Shown here in pieces: positions 36,211 through 45,176 of a stretch of DNA of 64,000 nt. The DNA comes from Desulfovermiculus sp. (GTDB lineage Bacteria; Desulfobacterota; Desulfovibrionia; Desulfovibrionales; Desulfothermaceae): positions 1,728 through 65,727 of the forward strand of contig JAWLEI010000006.1 of assembly GCA_041686195.1 (NCBI GenBank). The letters run 5' to 3'. The number at the start of each line of letters is the position of its first letter. Within the stretch, counting starts at the first letter, position 1. The notes beneath the pieces are model-generated. The model had not been told where the DNA came from, ran no database searches, and was given only the letters and a program-made list of their open reading frames with translations. The position numbers and the translations under genes are program-made.

Positions 36211-37469
36211 AGGTCTTCGAACTCATATCCGAGCAAAGACGTGATATGCTCAAAGGCGGCCAGGATTTCATCCCGGCTGTTTCCAGGAATATCCAGCATA
36301 CAGTAGCGGAAGCTTTCTGGATTGTGCTTGTAATCGGAAAGCAGGGACTGTTCATAGATCAGATTCCGGATGTGCACATCCGGATAAAGAAGCCGGATTT
36401 GTTCATATCCGCTTTGAGTGGGCGTTTTGACTATTTTGCGGTCAGTGAATGAATGCAGCTCAAAATTCAAGCACAGGGGATATGTTTTGCGCTGGGTCCG
36501 GGACAGATCCGGCTGCTCATTGCTGGCCACATCGCAGAGCAGGTGCAGGGGATCAAAGCCGGTGACCAGCTCGATGGTCTTGGCAAACTGAAAGGCGATC
36601 CGGCTGTTGACCTCCAAAATGGCGAAAGCCTCTTTTTCCGGGTCCGCCCGGAGCTCCACGTTGAAAAAGCTTTTGTCGATGCCCAGGGCCGGGACAAGAC
36701 GAGTAAGCCCGGCCTTGATCTTTTCATCCAGGGCAGGGGAAAAGGAATAGGGGAATTCGTGATGGCTGAAGCTGTTGCTGCCTGGATAAAACACCGCCTT
36801 GGTCATGCCAAAGAGGTGTACCTCGCCGTTGCACACAAATCCGTCCACTGTGACCTGCTCCCCGGTGATCAGTCCCTCGCACAGGAAGCTGTTGCAGGTA
36901 GCCACGTTTAAGCCGTTGGACATATGCGGCCGCAGAGAAAGAGCATCAAGAAAGTATTGATTGTACACGGCGATGTCTTTGCTTTCCAGGCCGATATAGT
37001 ATTCAAGCTCTTCCGGTGTTTCAATGAGGTGGGTGCCGAAGGAGATATTGGCCCGGACCGGCTTGATGAAAAACGGGGGACTAAGCCGGGACGGATTCTG
37101 GAGATATTCCAAGGCTAAACAGAATTCAGGCACAGCCTGGGGCAAAACCTCTTTTTGCTTATGTCTGGAAATGTACTTGTTCTGGCAGTTGATGACACTG
37201 GGTAAAGAGGCAAAGGTCTTTCCGGTCTCGGAGCAGATAATGGCCGCAAACACGGCTGATGAGTCGTGTGTGCCCACGACTCCATCATACATTTCAGGAT
37301 ATTCTTTGACCAGTTTAATGGTCTGCTCCAAGTATGGCTTGACTCCGTAGTCCAGAATCTTTTCCGTGGTCTCTATTGTGATCTCGTAATCATTAGAGTC
37401 GGCAAAGCTCTTGTCCACAATATCTGTATCACTGGCATCGCAGAGAAAAAGAATCTTTTTTCCGGGCAT
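36207..37469 (-). CDS. ATP-grasp domain protein of unknown specificity
   Basis: ATP-grasp-like core (FFIKPVRANISFG...ILEVNSRI). AGGAGG precedes the ATG. The 3' end overlaps the nadD stop by 4 nt (convergent). Confidence 0.65.
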   Translation of the reverse strand: MPGKKILFLCDASDTDIVDKSFADSNDYEITIETTEKILDYGVKPYLEQTIKLVKEYPEMYDGVVGTHDSSAVFAAIICSETGKTFASLPSVINCQNKYISRHKQKEVLPQAVPEFCLALEYLQNPSRLSPPFFIKPVRANISFGTHLIETPEELEYYIGLESKDIAVYNQYFLDALSLRPHMSNGLNVATCNSFLCEGLITGEQVTVDGFVCNGEVHLFGMTKAVFYPGSNSFSHHEFPYSFSPALDEKIKAGLTRLVPALGIDKSFFNVELRADPEKEAFAILEVNSRIAFQFAKTIELVTGFDPLHLLCDVASNEQPDLSRTQRKTYPLCLNFELHSFTDRKIVKTPTQSGYEQIRLLYPDVHIRNLIYEQSLLSDYKHNPESFRYCMLDIPGNSRDEILAAFEHITSLLGYEFEDL

Positions 37470-37627
37470 GACTTCCTCCTTGTAGGTCTCACCTCCTGAT
37501 TTTGAGGTCTGAGTGGCTCGTCATTTCTGAACTGCCCTATAGCACTGGGCCATTCTTGCTCTGGTTCTTGTTTGCGATATGTAAGATGAGTCACGGCAAT
37601 TGCCAATTTTGGTTTAAAAATTTTTCC

Positions 37628-38962
37628 TCAGCCAAATCCCAGCGATGAACACTCCCTCCATTGGCTGATATCCACCTTGCCGCGCACCGCTTGCCCGCCC
37701 TTGAGCACGCAGTGGATATTGTCCAGATCCAGCAGACAATGAATATCAAGAAGCGGATCGGTATTTAAAATCAGGAGATCGGCTTGTTTTCCCGGCTCTA
37801 AAGTCCCAATATCCGGTAAAAGCCCGATAGCGTCCGCCGCCACCTTTGTCGAGGCCATCAGAGCCTGCATGGGATCCATGATCTTTTTGTCTACATACTG
37901 GATAAGTTCCATGGCGTTGCGGCCGTGATAGTTGTAAGGGGTTCCGGCGTCCGTGCCCATGGCTACCTGCACCCCGGCCTGCAAGGCCCTATGCAGGTTT
38001 TCGACCCGTATTTTGGATATCTCTTCCGCCTTCTGGTACATAAACTGGGGAAGCCCGTTTCTGGCCGAACCATTGAGCATCCAGAAGTTGGAGCATAAGG
38101 TAGAGACCAGAAACACACCCTGGTTGGCCATCATTTCCAGGGATTCGTCGTCAGCCAGGGTGCCATGCTCAATGGTTCGGACCCCGGCCTTGATCGCATT
38201 CTTGATACCTTCCGCTCCATGGGCATGAGCAGCGGTATGCTTGCCCGTCTTTTCCCCCTCTTCCACTACAGCCCGGATTTCTTCCACATTCAAATGCGGA
38301 GCCCCCGGAGCACCTCCCGGGTTCATAATGGCCCCGGTGGCCATGACCTTGAGCAGATCCGCTCCTTCCTTGAGCTGCTCCCTGGCCGCCCGGCGGTTCT
38401 CGTCCACGCCGTCGGCTTCCCGGTACAAGCCCTGAAAGTATTCGCTGCCCGCAGTCAGCATGCATATGATCTTACCGCTGGCCAATATTCGGGGCCCGGT
38501 GACCAGACCTTCATCCACAGCCCTTTTCACGGCAATATCGATAAAATTGGCTGAACCGCAGTTGCGCACAGTGGTGATGCCGGAGCGCAAGGTATTGGCC
38601 ATTTCTATGCTGGCCCGGATGGTCCGCAGTTTGTCTTCGACCAGGCTTTCATGATAGGTATCCGGCATACCATGCATGTCCAGATGGACGTGAGAATCGA
38701 TCAGTCCGGGCATAATGGTCTTGCCGGACAGATCGATATCTAAAGCCCCTTCGGGAATGGCTACGTGCGCTGATGGACCCACTGCAGTGATATTTTGGCC
38801 TTCAACAATGACCACTCCCTCGGCAATGACCTGGCCGGTACAGGGTATCACCTGTGCTCCGGTCAGGGCTACCGGTTTTTTTTCCTGACACTTAACGGTC
38901 GTCAGGATTTCTGCTGTTGTATTGGCATGTTGATCCCATTCTGTCACGCTGTGATCATTCAT
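37628..38962 (-). CDS. amidohydrolase-superfamily metal hydrolase (imidazolonepropionase / Xaa-Pro dipeptidase-related group)
   Basis: IDSHVHL metal motif, ...AHAHG..., ...IEHG..., and C-terminal ADLLIL. Confidence 0.8.
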   Translation of the reverse strand: MNDHSVTEWDQHANTTAEILTTVKCQEKKPVALTGAQVIPCTGQVIAEGVVIVEGQNITAVGPSAHVAIPEGALDIDLSGKTIMPGLIDSHVHLDMHGMPDTYHESLVEDKLRTIRASIEMANTLRSGITTVRNCGSANFIDIAVKRAVDEGLVTGPRILASGKIICMLTAGSEYFQGLYREADGVDENRRAAREQLKEGADLLKVMATGAIMNPGGAPGAPHLNVEEIRAVVEEGEKTGKHTAAHAHGAEGIKNAIKAGVRTIEHGTLADDESLEMMANQGVFLVSTLCSNFWMLNGSARNGLPQFMYQKAEEISKIRVENLHRALQAGVQVAMGTDAGTPYNYHGRNAMELIQYVDKKIMDPMQALMASTKVAADAIGLLPDIGTLEPGKQADLLILNTDPLLDIHCLLDLDNIHCVLKGGQAVRGKVDISQWRECSSLGFG

Positions 38963-39079
38963 TGTTCTGTCCTGTTGGGTCTGGAGACGATCGTTGCTAT
39001 GTCCGGATCAGGCCAAGCATGGTTCCATGCACTTATAGTCTTTTATTCGGGTCAGTCAAGGGAGTACTCTCACGCCTCA

Positions 39080-39922
39080 CTATCCGCCGGGCAGAGTACC
39101 GTATAAGGCCAGGCTGAGGTCGTTGATGATCTCAATCTCTTTTTCGGCTCTCTCGGTATTAATACTTAGCATGGGTATTTTTTGCATAAGCAAAGTTTCC
39201 ATGGCCTGACCGGCACGTCTCTTTTCCAGAAAAGCAGCCCGATCCAAACTGTGTTCCAAGAGCTCTTTCTTGACTGCCAAGGCCTGGACCATATCTTCGT
39301 TTTCAAAACATTCCTGGACAAAAGCCAGAGCAAAGCCGAAGTATTCCGGGAAAAAAGGCGAAGAAACCGGGACATGTCTGAGAACTGCAGCCAGAAATGC
39401 GGCCCTGGTTCCGGTCAATGGAACTGCGGCCAGACGCAGGCGAGCCCGGACCCAGGTCTGCCAGGAATGGGGGACAGAGTCGGTCACTGCCTTTTCCAAC
39501 TCCGGAGCCAGAGTGCGCTGGATATGTAAGCGGCTGACAACGCCTTCCATAAGGCCCTGGTTTAGTTTAAGATGTATTTGCAGCCCATCCGGAAAGATGA
39601 TCCGAGCTTTCGGACACTGGTGCATGAGGACCCGAGTCAGATCAGCATGGGAGACCGAGTTCGCATCCGGGCCTTGCAAAAATGGCTCCAGCTCCATACG
39701 TTGAGCCATGGAGGGCGAGAGCAAAAGGTCAAGAAGACACTCCTGTTCTGAATCGGGAGAGTCGGGAAGATTTGCGAGTGCGGATCTGATGGCCTGGACC
39801 GAGTCCAGGCCCAATGTGGAGCTGGCAAAGTGGAGCACTTCCTGGTTTAAATCAAAGGAAGAAAGAATCACCCGGCATATGGCCTGAGCCAAATCATAGG
39901 TGGTATCAGTTTTGCCGGCCAT
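39080..39922 (-). CDS. hypothetical protein (280 aa, helical, no recognisable domain)
   Basis: Long ORF with coding-like composition. AAGGGGA precedes the ATG at 39922. I recognise no motif. Confidence 0.5.
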   Translation of the reverse strand: MAGKTDTTYDLAQAICRVILSSFDLNQEVLHFASSTLGLDSVQAIRSALANLPDSPDSEQECLLDLLLSPSMAQRMELEPFLQGPDANSVSHADLTRVLMHQCPKARIIFPDGLQIHLKLNQGLMEGVVSRLHIQRTLAPELEKAVTDSVPHSWQTWVRARLRLAAVPLTGTRAAFLAAVLRHVPVSSPFFPEYFGFALAFVQECFENEDMVQALAVKKELLEHSLDRAAFLEKRRAGQAMETLLMQKIPMLSINTERAEKEIEIINDLSLALYGTLPGG

Positions 39923-39956
39923 GCTCGTCCCCTTATTTATTTCAGTGATAAAAAAC

Positions 39957-40799
39957 ATGATGTCTTTGTCTTCTCTTCTCATATCAGTGATCATTCCCAC
40001 ATACAACCGGGCCCATATCCTGCTTCGGGCCGTGCAATCGGTCTTGAGTCAGACGCATTCTCATTTGGAATTGATCATAGTGGACGACGGCTCTGAAGAT
40101 GCCACCCTCAAGGCGGTATCAGCTCTGCAAGACCCTCGGATACGCCGTGTGCATCAAGATCATCAGGGAGTGGCGGCTGCCAGGAATGCAGGGATCCTCC
40201 AAGCCAAAGGCGAGTACATAGCCCTTTTGGATTCCGATGATGTCTGGGAACCGAGCAAGCTTGAGCTGCAATTGTCTTTTACTCTGCAGGGAGGGTGGAA
40301 CATCACCCAAACCGAAGAAATCTGGATCAGGCACCAGCAAAGGGTCAATCCTGGCCTGCGGCACATTAAGCCCAGCGGGTGGATCTTTGCTCCCTCTCTG
40401 AACATGTGTCTGGTCAGTCCCTCCTGTGTGCTCATGCATCGCAGGTGCTGGGATGAGATCGGGCTGTTTGATTCGCGGCTTTTAGCTTGTGAGGACTATG
40501 ATCTGTGGTTGCGCTGTGCACTGCACTACCCCGTCGGGTTGGTTCCGCAACATCTCGTGACCAGGTATGCCGGACATGCTGATCAGCTTTCAGGAAAGAT
40601 TATTGGGATGGATCTGTACCGAATCATGAGTTTGAGCAAGTTGCTGTCCTGGTCCGATCTCACTGCGGAACAGCGGCATATGACCCGGATGCATCTTCAG
40701 AGCAAGGGGAAACGATATGTCCAGGGCTGTTTGAAACGCGGCAAGGAGGAAGAGGCCATGCGGGTGCAGAAAATGATCACAAAAGGGTTAAAACAGTGA
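39957..40799 (+). CDS. family 2 glycosyltransferase
   Basis: SVIIPTYNRAHIL...ELIIVDDGSEDAT...LDSDD motifs. The start is uncertain (39957/39960; no clear SD). Confidence 0.85.
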   Translation: MMSLSSLLISVIIPTYNRAHILLRAVQSVLSQTHSHLELIIVDDGSEDATLKAVSALQDPRIRRVHQDHQGVAAARNAGILQAKGEYIALLDSDDVWEPSKLELQLSFTLQGGWNITQTEEIWIRHQQRVNPGLRHIKPSGWIFAPSLNMCLVSPSCVLMHRRCWDEIGLFDSRLLACEDYDLWLRCALHYPVGLVPQHLVTRYAGHADQLSGKIIGMDLYRIMSLSKLLSWSDLTAEQRHMTRMHLQSKGKRYVQGCLKRGKEEEAMRVQKMITKGLKQ

Positions 40800-40850
40800 T
40801 GCCTGTCCCGGCCTGAGATGTGCGGGCTCAGCTGGGCGTAAAAAAAGGGG

Positions 40851-41207
40851 CTAAACTTCCTGTTTGTGGACTGCTTCGCTTTTTATTCTATTTAAGAGTT
40901 CAGACAGCACAGGGTGTACGTTTTCCCGGACATCTCCGGCCACAATGATAAACAACAGGTCCTGGCCGGGCTGAAATTCTCCCTGGTTGGCCTGAACAAT
41001 GATTCGAAATATGCCTGGCCGAGATTCATACTCCCGGCGCAAGGCCTCTATCCGTTCCTGATCAGGGGTGACCTTCAGAGAATGAACTGGATCCTTGCTG
41101 CCCCGGGAATGGCCGCGAACGACCCCGTTATGGATAAGGACCATGCCCACCTGATCCTGAAAACCGGGTTCGTTTTTCAACCTGCTCAAGGCCTCTGTAA
41201 TATCCAT
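40851..41207 (-). CDS. MoaE-like small protein (molybdopterin synthase large-subunit fold)
   Basis: VGMVLIHNGVVRG...LLFIIVAGDVRENV...LLNRIKSEAVHKQE parallels the MoaE pattern (G.F.G.vR...v.v.s.HR...lK...p.wKkE). AAGGTGA precedes the ATG at 41207. Confidence 0.5.
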   Translation of the reverse strand: MDITEALSRLKNEPGFQDQVGMVLIHNGVVRGHSRGSKDPVHSLKVTPDQERIEALRREYESRPGIFRIIVQANQGEFQPGQDLLFIIVAGDVRENVHPVLSELLNRIKSEAVHKQEV

Positions 41208-41357
41208 TGCTTCACCTTTGGTTATTCTCAATATATTTCAGAGAGAAAGGGCGGCATAAAAATATGCCGCCCTTGTACTTGGGAAGTATTCCGGGAACTT
41301 GCTGGCCATGCATTCCACGGAAGATCTCTTCCCTGCATAAAAGCTCTTTGACTTTCT

Positions 41358-41675
41358 TTACACGCAACCAGTTGGTTTGGGCAATCCGGCCATCTTGCAT
41401 GCTCCCTTTCCAGGCCCGGAAGGAAACAACTCGTAGATTTTTTTCAGCTTAAAGCCGGTTACCTTGGACAGGATACGTACCATGGGTGCGATGCCATTTT
41501 TCTTGTAATAGTCTTGCAAGAACTCGATGACCTTGCGGTGTTCATCTGTGAGTTCCTTGATCCCTTCAGATTCTTTGACATAGTCTACCCATTCCGGGCT
41601 CCAGTCATCAAAGCTCTGCAAGAAGCCGTCTTCATCGATTTCGAATGTTTTGCCTTTAAACTCGACAGTTGCCAT
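41358..41675 (-). CDS. dsrC: DsrC (TusE-family sulfur-transfer protein of dissimilatory sulfite reduction)
   Basis: 105 aa. The C-terminal arm CKMAGLPKPTGCV has the two conserved Cys residues (CX10C, with the penultimate Cys). A strong AAGGAGG RBS is present. Confidence 0.9.
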   Translation of the reverse strand: MATVEFKGKTFEIDEDGFLQSFDDWSPEWVDYVKESEGIKELTDEHRKVIEFLQDYYKKNGIAPMVRILSKVTGFKLKKIYELFPSGPGKGACKMAGLPKPTGCV

Positions 41676-41856
41676 GTGTCAACCTCCTTGACCGACAGTT
41701 TATTGAGAGTTGGCTTGCAAAAACCAAAAGTCAAAGACACGTCTACAATCAGACATGTAATTGAAACTTGTTGAGAAATGGGTAATTGAAATTCACCCCC
41801 CCGTCAAGGGGACGATGCGCTGCACAGTGCCCAATACGTCAACGCATAAAGTATAT

Positions 41857-41886
41857 TTTATAAAAGCTTGCAAAGGATCTTGTCAA
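41857..41886 (-). promoter_or_regulatory. candidate sigma-70 promoter for dsrC
   Basis: On the minus strand, TTGACA (41886-41881), an 18-nt spacer, then TATAAA (41862-41857). This would give a leader of about 170 nt. Confidence 0.4.
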
Positions 41887-41984
41887 GGCTGGTTCCTTAG
41901 AGAGGGTCAGGTTCTTTTGCTCTCCTTGCTATAGCCAGTGATCTCAATATGCTAACTTTATGGCCTGATGGTATTGTATTTTGT

Positions 41985-43724
41985 TTACTCTCGGGCCAAT
42001 AGGTCTTTTAATTCAGAACGCGCGGCTTCCAGACCAGGATCGAGCTCTAAACCGGCTTGTAAATAGCTAACTGCCTGCTTGGTTTTCCCGGCCCGCTTCA
42101 AGCATATGCCCAGATTGGCCAGGTCCATGGCAGACCCGGGATCCAGGCGCAGAGCGGCCTGAAAATCTTCAATAGCCTGTTCGTACCTATGTTCCTTGAA
42201 GTAGCAGACTCCGCGCAGGTTGTATACAGCATGGAGATCAGGAGCAAGATCCAGGGCCCGGGAAAGAATAGGTTCCATCTGCTGCCACTTCCCCTCCTGG
42301 CTTAAGCAGTATGCTTGATAAAACGCAGCAAAAGCCTGATCTTGAGCTGTGGGTTGCAGGGGTTCTGCCTGGACAAAGGCATCAAAGGCTTCCTGCATAC
42401 GTCCCTGGCGCATAGTGAGCAGGCCCTGGAAAAAAGGGAGAAAATGAGCGCTGGGATAGATTGAACCCAAAACCTGCAAACCGCGCCGTGCATCGTCCAG
42501 AGGCCGCTTTTCGGCCAGAATACGGCCTACGAACAAACCCAGGCTGGTATGGGTGCTACGTTCCCGAAAATCAAAGCCAGGGATTATGGAGTAATGAGCA
42601 GGTATGTTCAGTTCAGGGTGGGTGGTATCCACTATATAGGATGAATACCCGTGTTCTTGAAGCATATGTGCCACTCTGGACAGTTCCACAGCCATGTCCG
42701 GATGGTTCATGTCCGGTAAGGCGGACAATGGAATGTCCGGGCCTTGCCGCAGCCAGCCGCAGTCCTCCAGTCGGGTAAACTTGCCCAGTCCGGAGGGCTC
42801 ATAACAACTTCCGGACTCAAAATCACCAGCCAGTTGAGCGACCTCAGTCAGGGCCCTGATGGCCGCCTTATCCGGGGATGTGGCTGTCCCGGCTGTAAAC
42901 ACAATTTCACTGGAATGCGGGAATGTGCCTGGATCATATGCCAAGGCCCCCACTGTAGGCACAGCAAAGTCAAGGCTTAAGTCTTTGAGCCAAACCTGAA
43001 CTCCGTTGCGGACAAAGGCAGCGTAGAGTTGGTGCAGGACAGGATTGTTTAATGAGGCAGGGTCTATGCCGGGCAGGTTCGGGTGCTGCGCATCTATCCG
43101 AGCGCACACATGGCGCTCGACAAGTTCGCAAATCCCCTGCAGCGCGGACTCCACGGCCAAATTTCCAGCCGATGAGCCATTGAATTCATTGATTGTCTGA
43201 AACCAGTCCAGGGGGAGGAATGTCTCCCGCCCGGCGTGCAGGTCATAGCCCGAACAAAAGGACCAGGGTATCAAATCCAGAATTTGGACTGCTTCCTCCT
43301 GTGGGAGGTCTTCGTGCACTGAATTTAAGATTTCCTGGATCGGGATCAAGGCCGTACCAAACTGCTTCCGGGCCTGAGTCCAGGTCAAGCGGGGCAGCTT
43401 CTTCAACTCATCATCCTGGTTCAGGAAAGAAAAGAGGCTGTAGCGTTCTATGAATTCCATTAAGGCCGAGGCTTCGGCCTGGGCCGGAGACGCACCTTTG
43501 CCCATCTGTTTGCGGGTAGGCATGACTTCTCTGGCCTTTGGCCCGCAAACAGATAAATAGACAGGAATTCCCAGTCGGCCGGTATCAACCCTTTGGGTTC
43601 TTTCCAGAAGGCTATCTCCGCTGCGCTCCAGAACGGAGCGGACATAGCTCACCGTTTGTTCCGGAGAAACGGCCTTGTCCAGATCCCGGGTATATCCTTT
43701 GTGACAGGAGGAGAGTTCAAGCAT
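41985..43724 (-). CDS. YcaO-domain protein fused to C-terminal TPR repeats
   Basis: YcaO-like N-terminal roughly 400 aa (...GIPVYLSV...MGKGASPAQAEASALMEFIERYS...GSSAGN...). The C-terminal roughly 140 aa carry several TPR motifs. Confidence 0.8.
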   Translation of the reverse strand: MLELSSCHKGYTRDLDKAVSPEQTVSYVRSVLERSGDSLLERTQRVDTGRLGIPVYLSVCGPKAREVMPTRKQMGKGASPAQAEASALMEFIERYSLFSFLNQDDELKKLPRLTWTQARKQFGTALIPIQEILNSVHEDLPQEEAVQILDLIPWSFCSGYDLHAGRETFLPLDWFQTINEFNGSSAGNLAVESALQGICELVERHVCARIDAQHPNLPGIDPASLNNPVLHQLYAAFVRNGVQVWLKDLSLDFAVPTVGALAYDPGTFPHSSEIVFTAGTATSPDKAAIRALTEVAQLAGDFESGSCYEPSGLGKFTRLEDCGWLRQGPDIPLSALPDMNHPDMAVELSRVAHMLQEHGYSSYIVDTTHPELNIPAHYSIIPGFDFRERSTHTSLGLFVGRILAEKRPLDDARRGLQVLGSIYPSAHFLPFFQGLLTMRQGRMQEAFDAFVQAEPLQPTAQDQAFAAFYQAYCLSQEGKWQQMEPILSRALDLAPDLHAVYNLRGVCYFKEHRYEQAIEDFQAALRLDPGSAMDLANLGICLKRAGKTKQAVSYLQAGLELDPGLEAARSELKDLLARE

Positions 43725-44487
43725 CTGATCTGGTCAGGTTATTGTTCATGTCTTTTTTTTGTTTCATCCGCAATATATTGCACAAATGCCTTTCCGGCCG
43801 ACCGGATTCTGGATTTTGTTCCTTATAACCCAAGGTCCGTTCCTGCACAGCAAACCTGCTTTCAATCAATTCAAAAAATCCGGAGGCCTGGAAGATATGG
43901 CTTTTGGCCAGCAGGACTTCTCCGCCGGGAGCCAAATGGTTCTGCAAAAAGTCCACCAGTGGGGTATACGTCTCATCCCGGTACAGGACCTCAGAGCCAA
44001 TAATTCGGTCAAAACGGCGGTCCAAGCGGTCTGCAGTGAAATCAACAGCTGCAAGCTGTACCCTGTCCTGCAGGGAATTTTGCAGGACATTGATCCGGGC
44101 AAAGAGCAGAGCGTCCGGGTGATAATCGGTCATAACCACATAAGCCCCCTGGCTTGCTGCCACAAGTCCGCAGACCCCGACTCCAGCCCCTATTTCGAGG
44201 ACCTCAAGGTCAGTTAGGGCATAGGAAGAGGCCAGGATATGGCTGAGCAGGATAGACGTGGGCCAGATCTTGGCCCAAAAAGGCAGATCCAGTCCTTCAT
44301 CGTTTCGGGCCGACGCGGCCAGATTTTCGATGTAGGCTTCCATGTCCTGGATTTGCAGAATTTGCAGTTTGATGTCACCGATATTTACCGGTTCAAAGTG
44401 GACCGGATAACGGACCTTGACTTGTTCTAAGAGCTCGTCCAGTCCGGCCTGGGGAGAAAATTGAAGTTGGTGGTTGTTCTTTGGCAT
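43717..44487 (-). CDS. class I SAM-dependent methyltransferase, Methyltransf_16/METTL21-like (protein-lysine methyltransferase type)
   Basis: IWPTSILLSHIL...LEVLEIGAGVGVCGLVAA..GAYVVMTDY...IIGSEVLY. The stop overlaps the ycaO-like ATG (ATGCTTGA). The tracked start at 44526 is a TTG; the ATG at 44487 is used here. Confidence 0.7.
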   Translation of the reverse strand: MPKNNHQLQFSPQAGLDELLEQVKVRYPVHFEPVNIGDIKLQILQIQDMEAYIENLAASARNDEGLDLPFWAKIWPTSILLSHILASSYALTDLEVLEIGAGVGVCGLVAASQGAYVVMTDYHPDALLFARINVLQNSLQDRVQLAAVDFTADRLDRRFDRIIGSEVLYRDETYTPLVDFLQNHLAPGGEVLLAKSHIFQASGFFELIESRFAVQERTLGYKEQNPESGRPERHLCNILRMKQKKDMNNNLTRSDA

Positions 44488-44530
44488 AGATAAAAAAAAG
44501 CCAAACTGGGTTTGGCTTGGATGCAATTGG

Positions 44531-44605
<75 letters not shown>

Positions 44606-44613
44606 TGAAAATA

Positions 44614-44688
<75 letters not shown>

Positions 44689-44693
44689 TTATC

Positions 44694-44768
<75 letters not shown>

Positions 44769-44947
44769 TCGTTGCGAGCGAAATACTATGTAAGGAAAAT
44801 GGTCTTTCTTGTCAAGGGGCACGTGTTTGGGCAGCAAGTAATTTTGCCCTCAGGTGTAAGGAACCAGGAGTGTTCAGGTTTAAGAGCCGCCTCTGGTGGC
44901 GACTATCAGTTCGATCGAGGGTGAAACTGACAAAGAAGGGCAGGGCT

Positions 44948-45048
44948 TGGGGCAAACCCGCCCTACGAAAAAGCCCGGCTCGCATGTAGGCCGCCCTTGC
45001 CCTCAAGGGCAGGCCCTCTTCAGGGTAAAGTTTCATGCGAGCTTCAAA
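44948..45048 (-). repeat. module L, partial inverted copy (5' half), ending in GTTTCAT (45039-45)
   Basis: The reverse complement, cgcATGAAACtttaccctgaagagggcctgcccttgagggcaagggcggcctac...gggcgggtttgccccaagccc, matches 25194-25300. Confidence 0.8.
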
Positions 45049-45176
45049 AGGCACATGAGTGTCGTACCAATTTCTTGTTATCCACCTCTTTACTTTTATC
45101 CGCTATATGCGCTAAAGGAGATGTTTCGCCAAGACGTACATCGCTCACAAAGAGACTCGTGGAAGGAGGATTGGTC

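Noticed and set aside
37373-37606. A 77-aa minus-strand ORF upstream of, and overlapping, the ATP-grasp gene, considered as a possible ATP-grasp RiPP precursor
   Set aside because: It overlaps the ATP-grasp start by about 97 nt in another frame, has no RBS, and has an Arg/Pro/Gln-rich composition without repeated core motifs.
41700-41756. An 18-codon minus-strand ORF (MSDCRRVFDFWFLQANSQ) between the YcaO gene and dsrC, considered as a possible YcaO precursor peptide
   Set aside because: It has no Shine-Dalgarno sequence and lies inside the probable dsrC leader. It has no Cys/Ser/Thr-rich or Gly-rich core typical of YcaO substrates. It cannot be excluded without conservation data.
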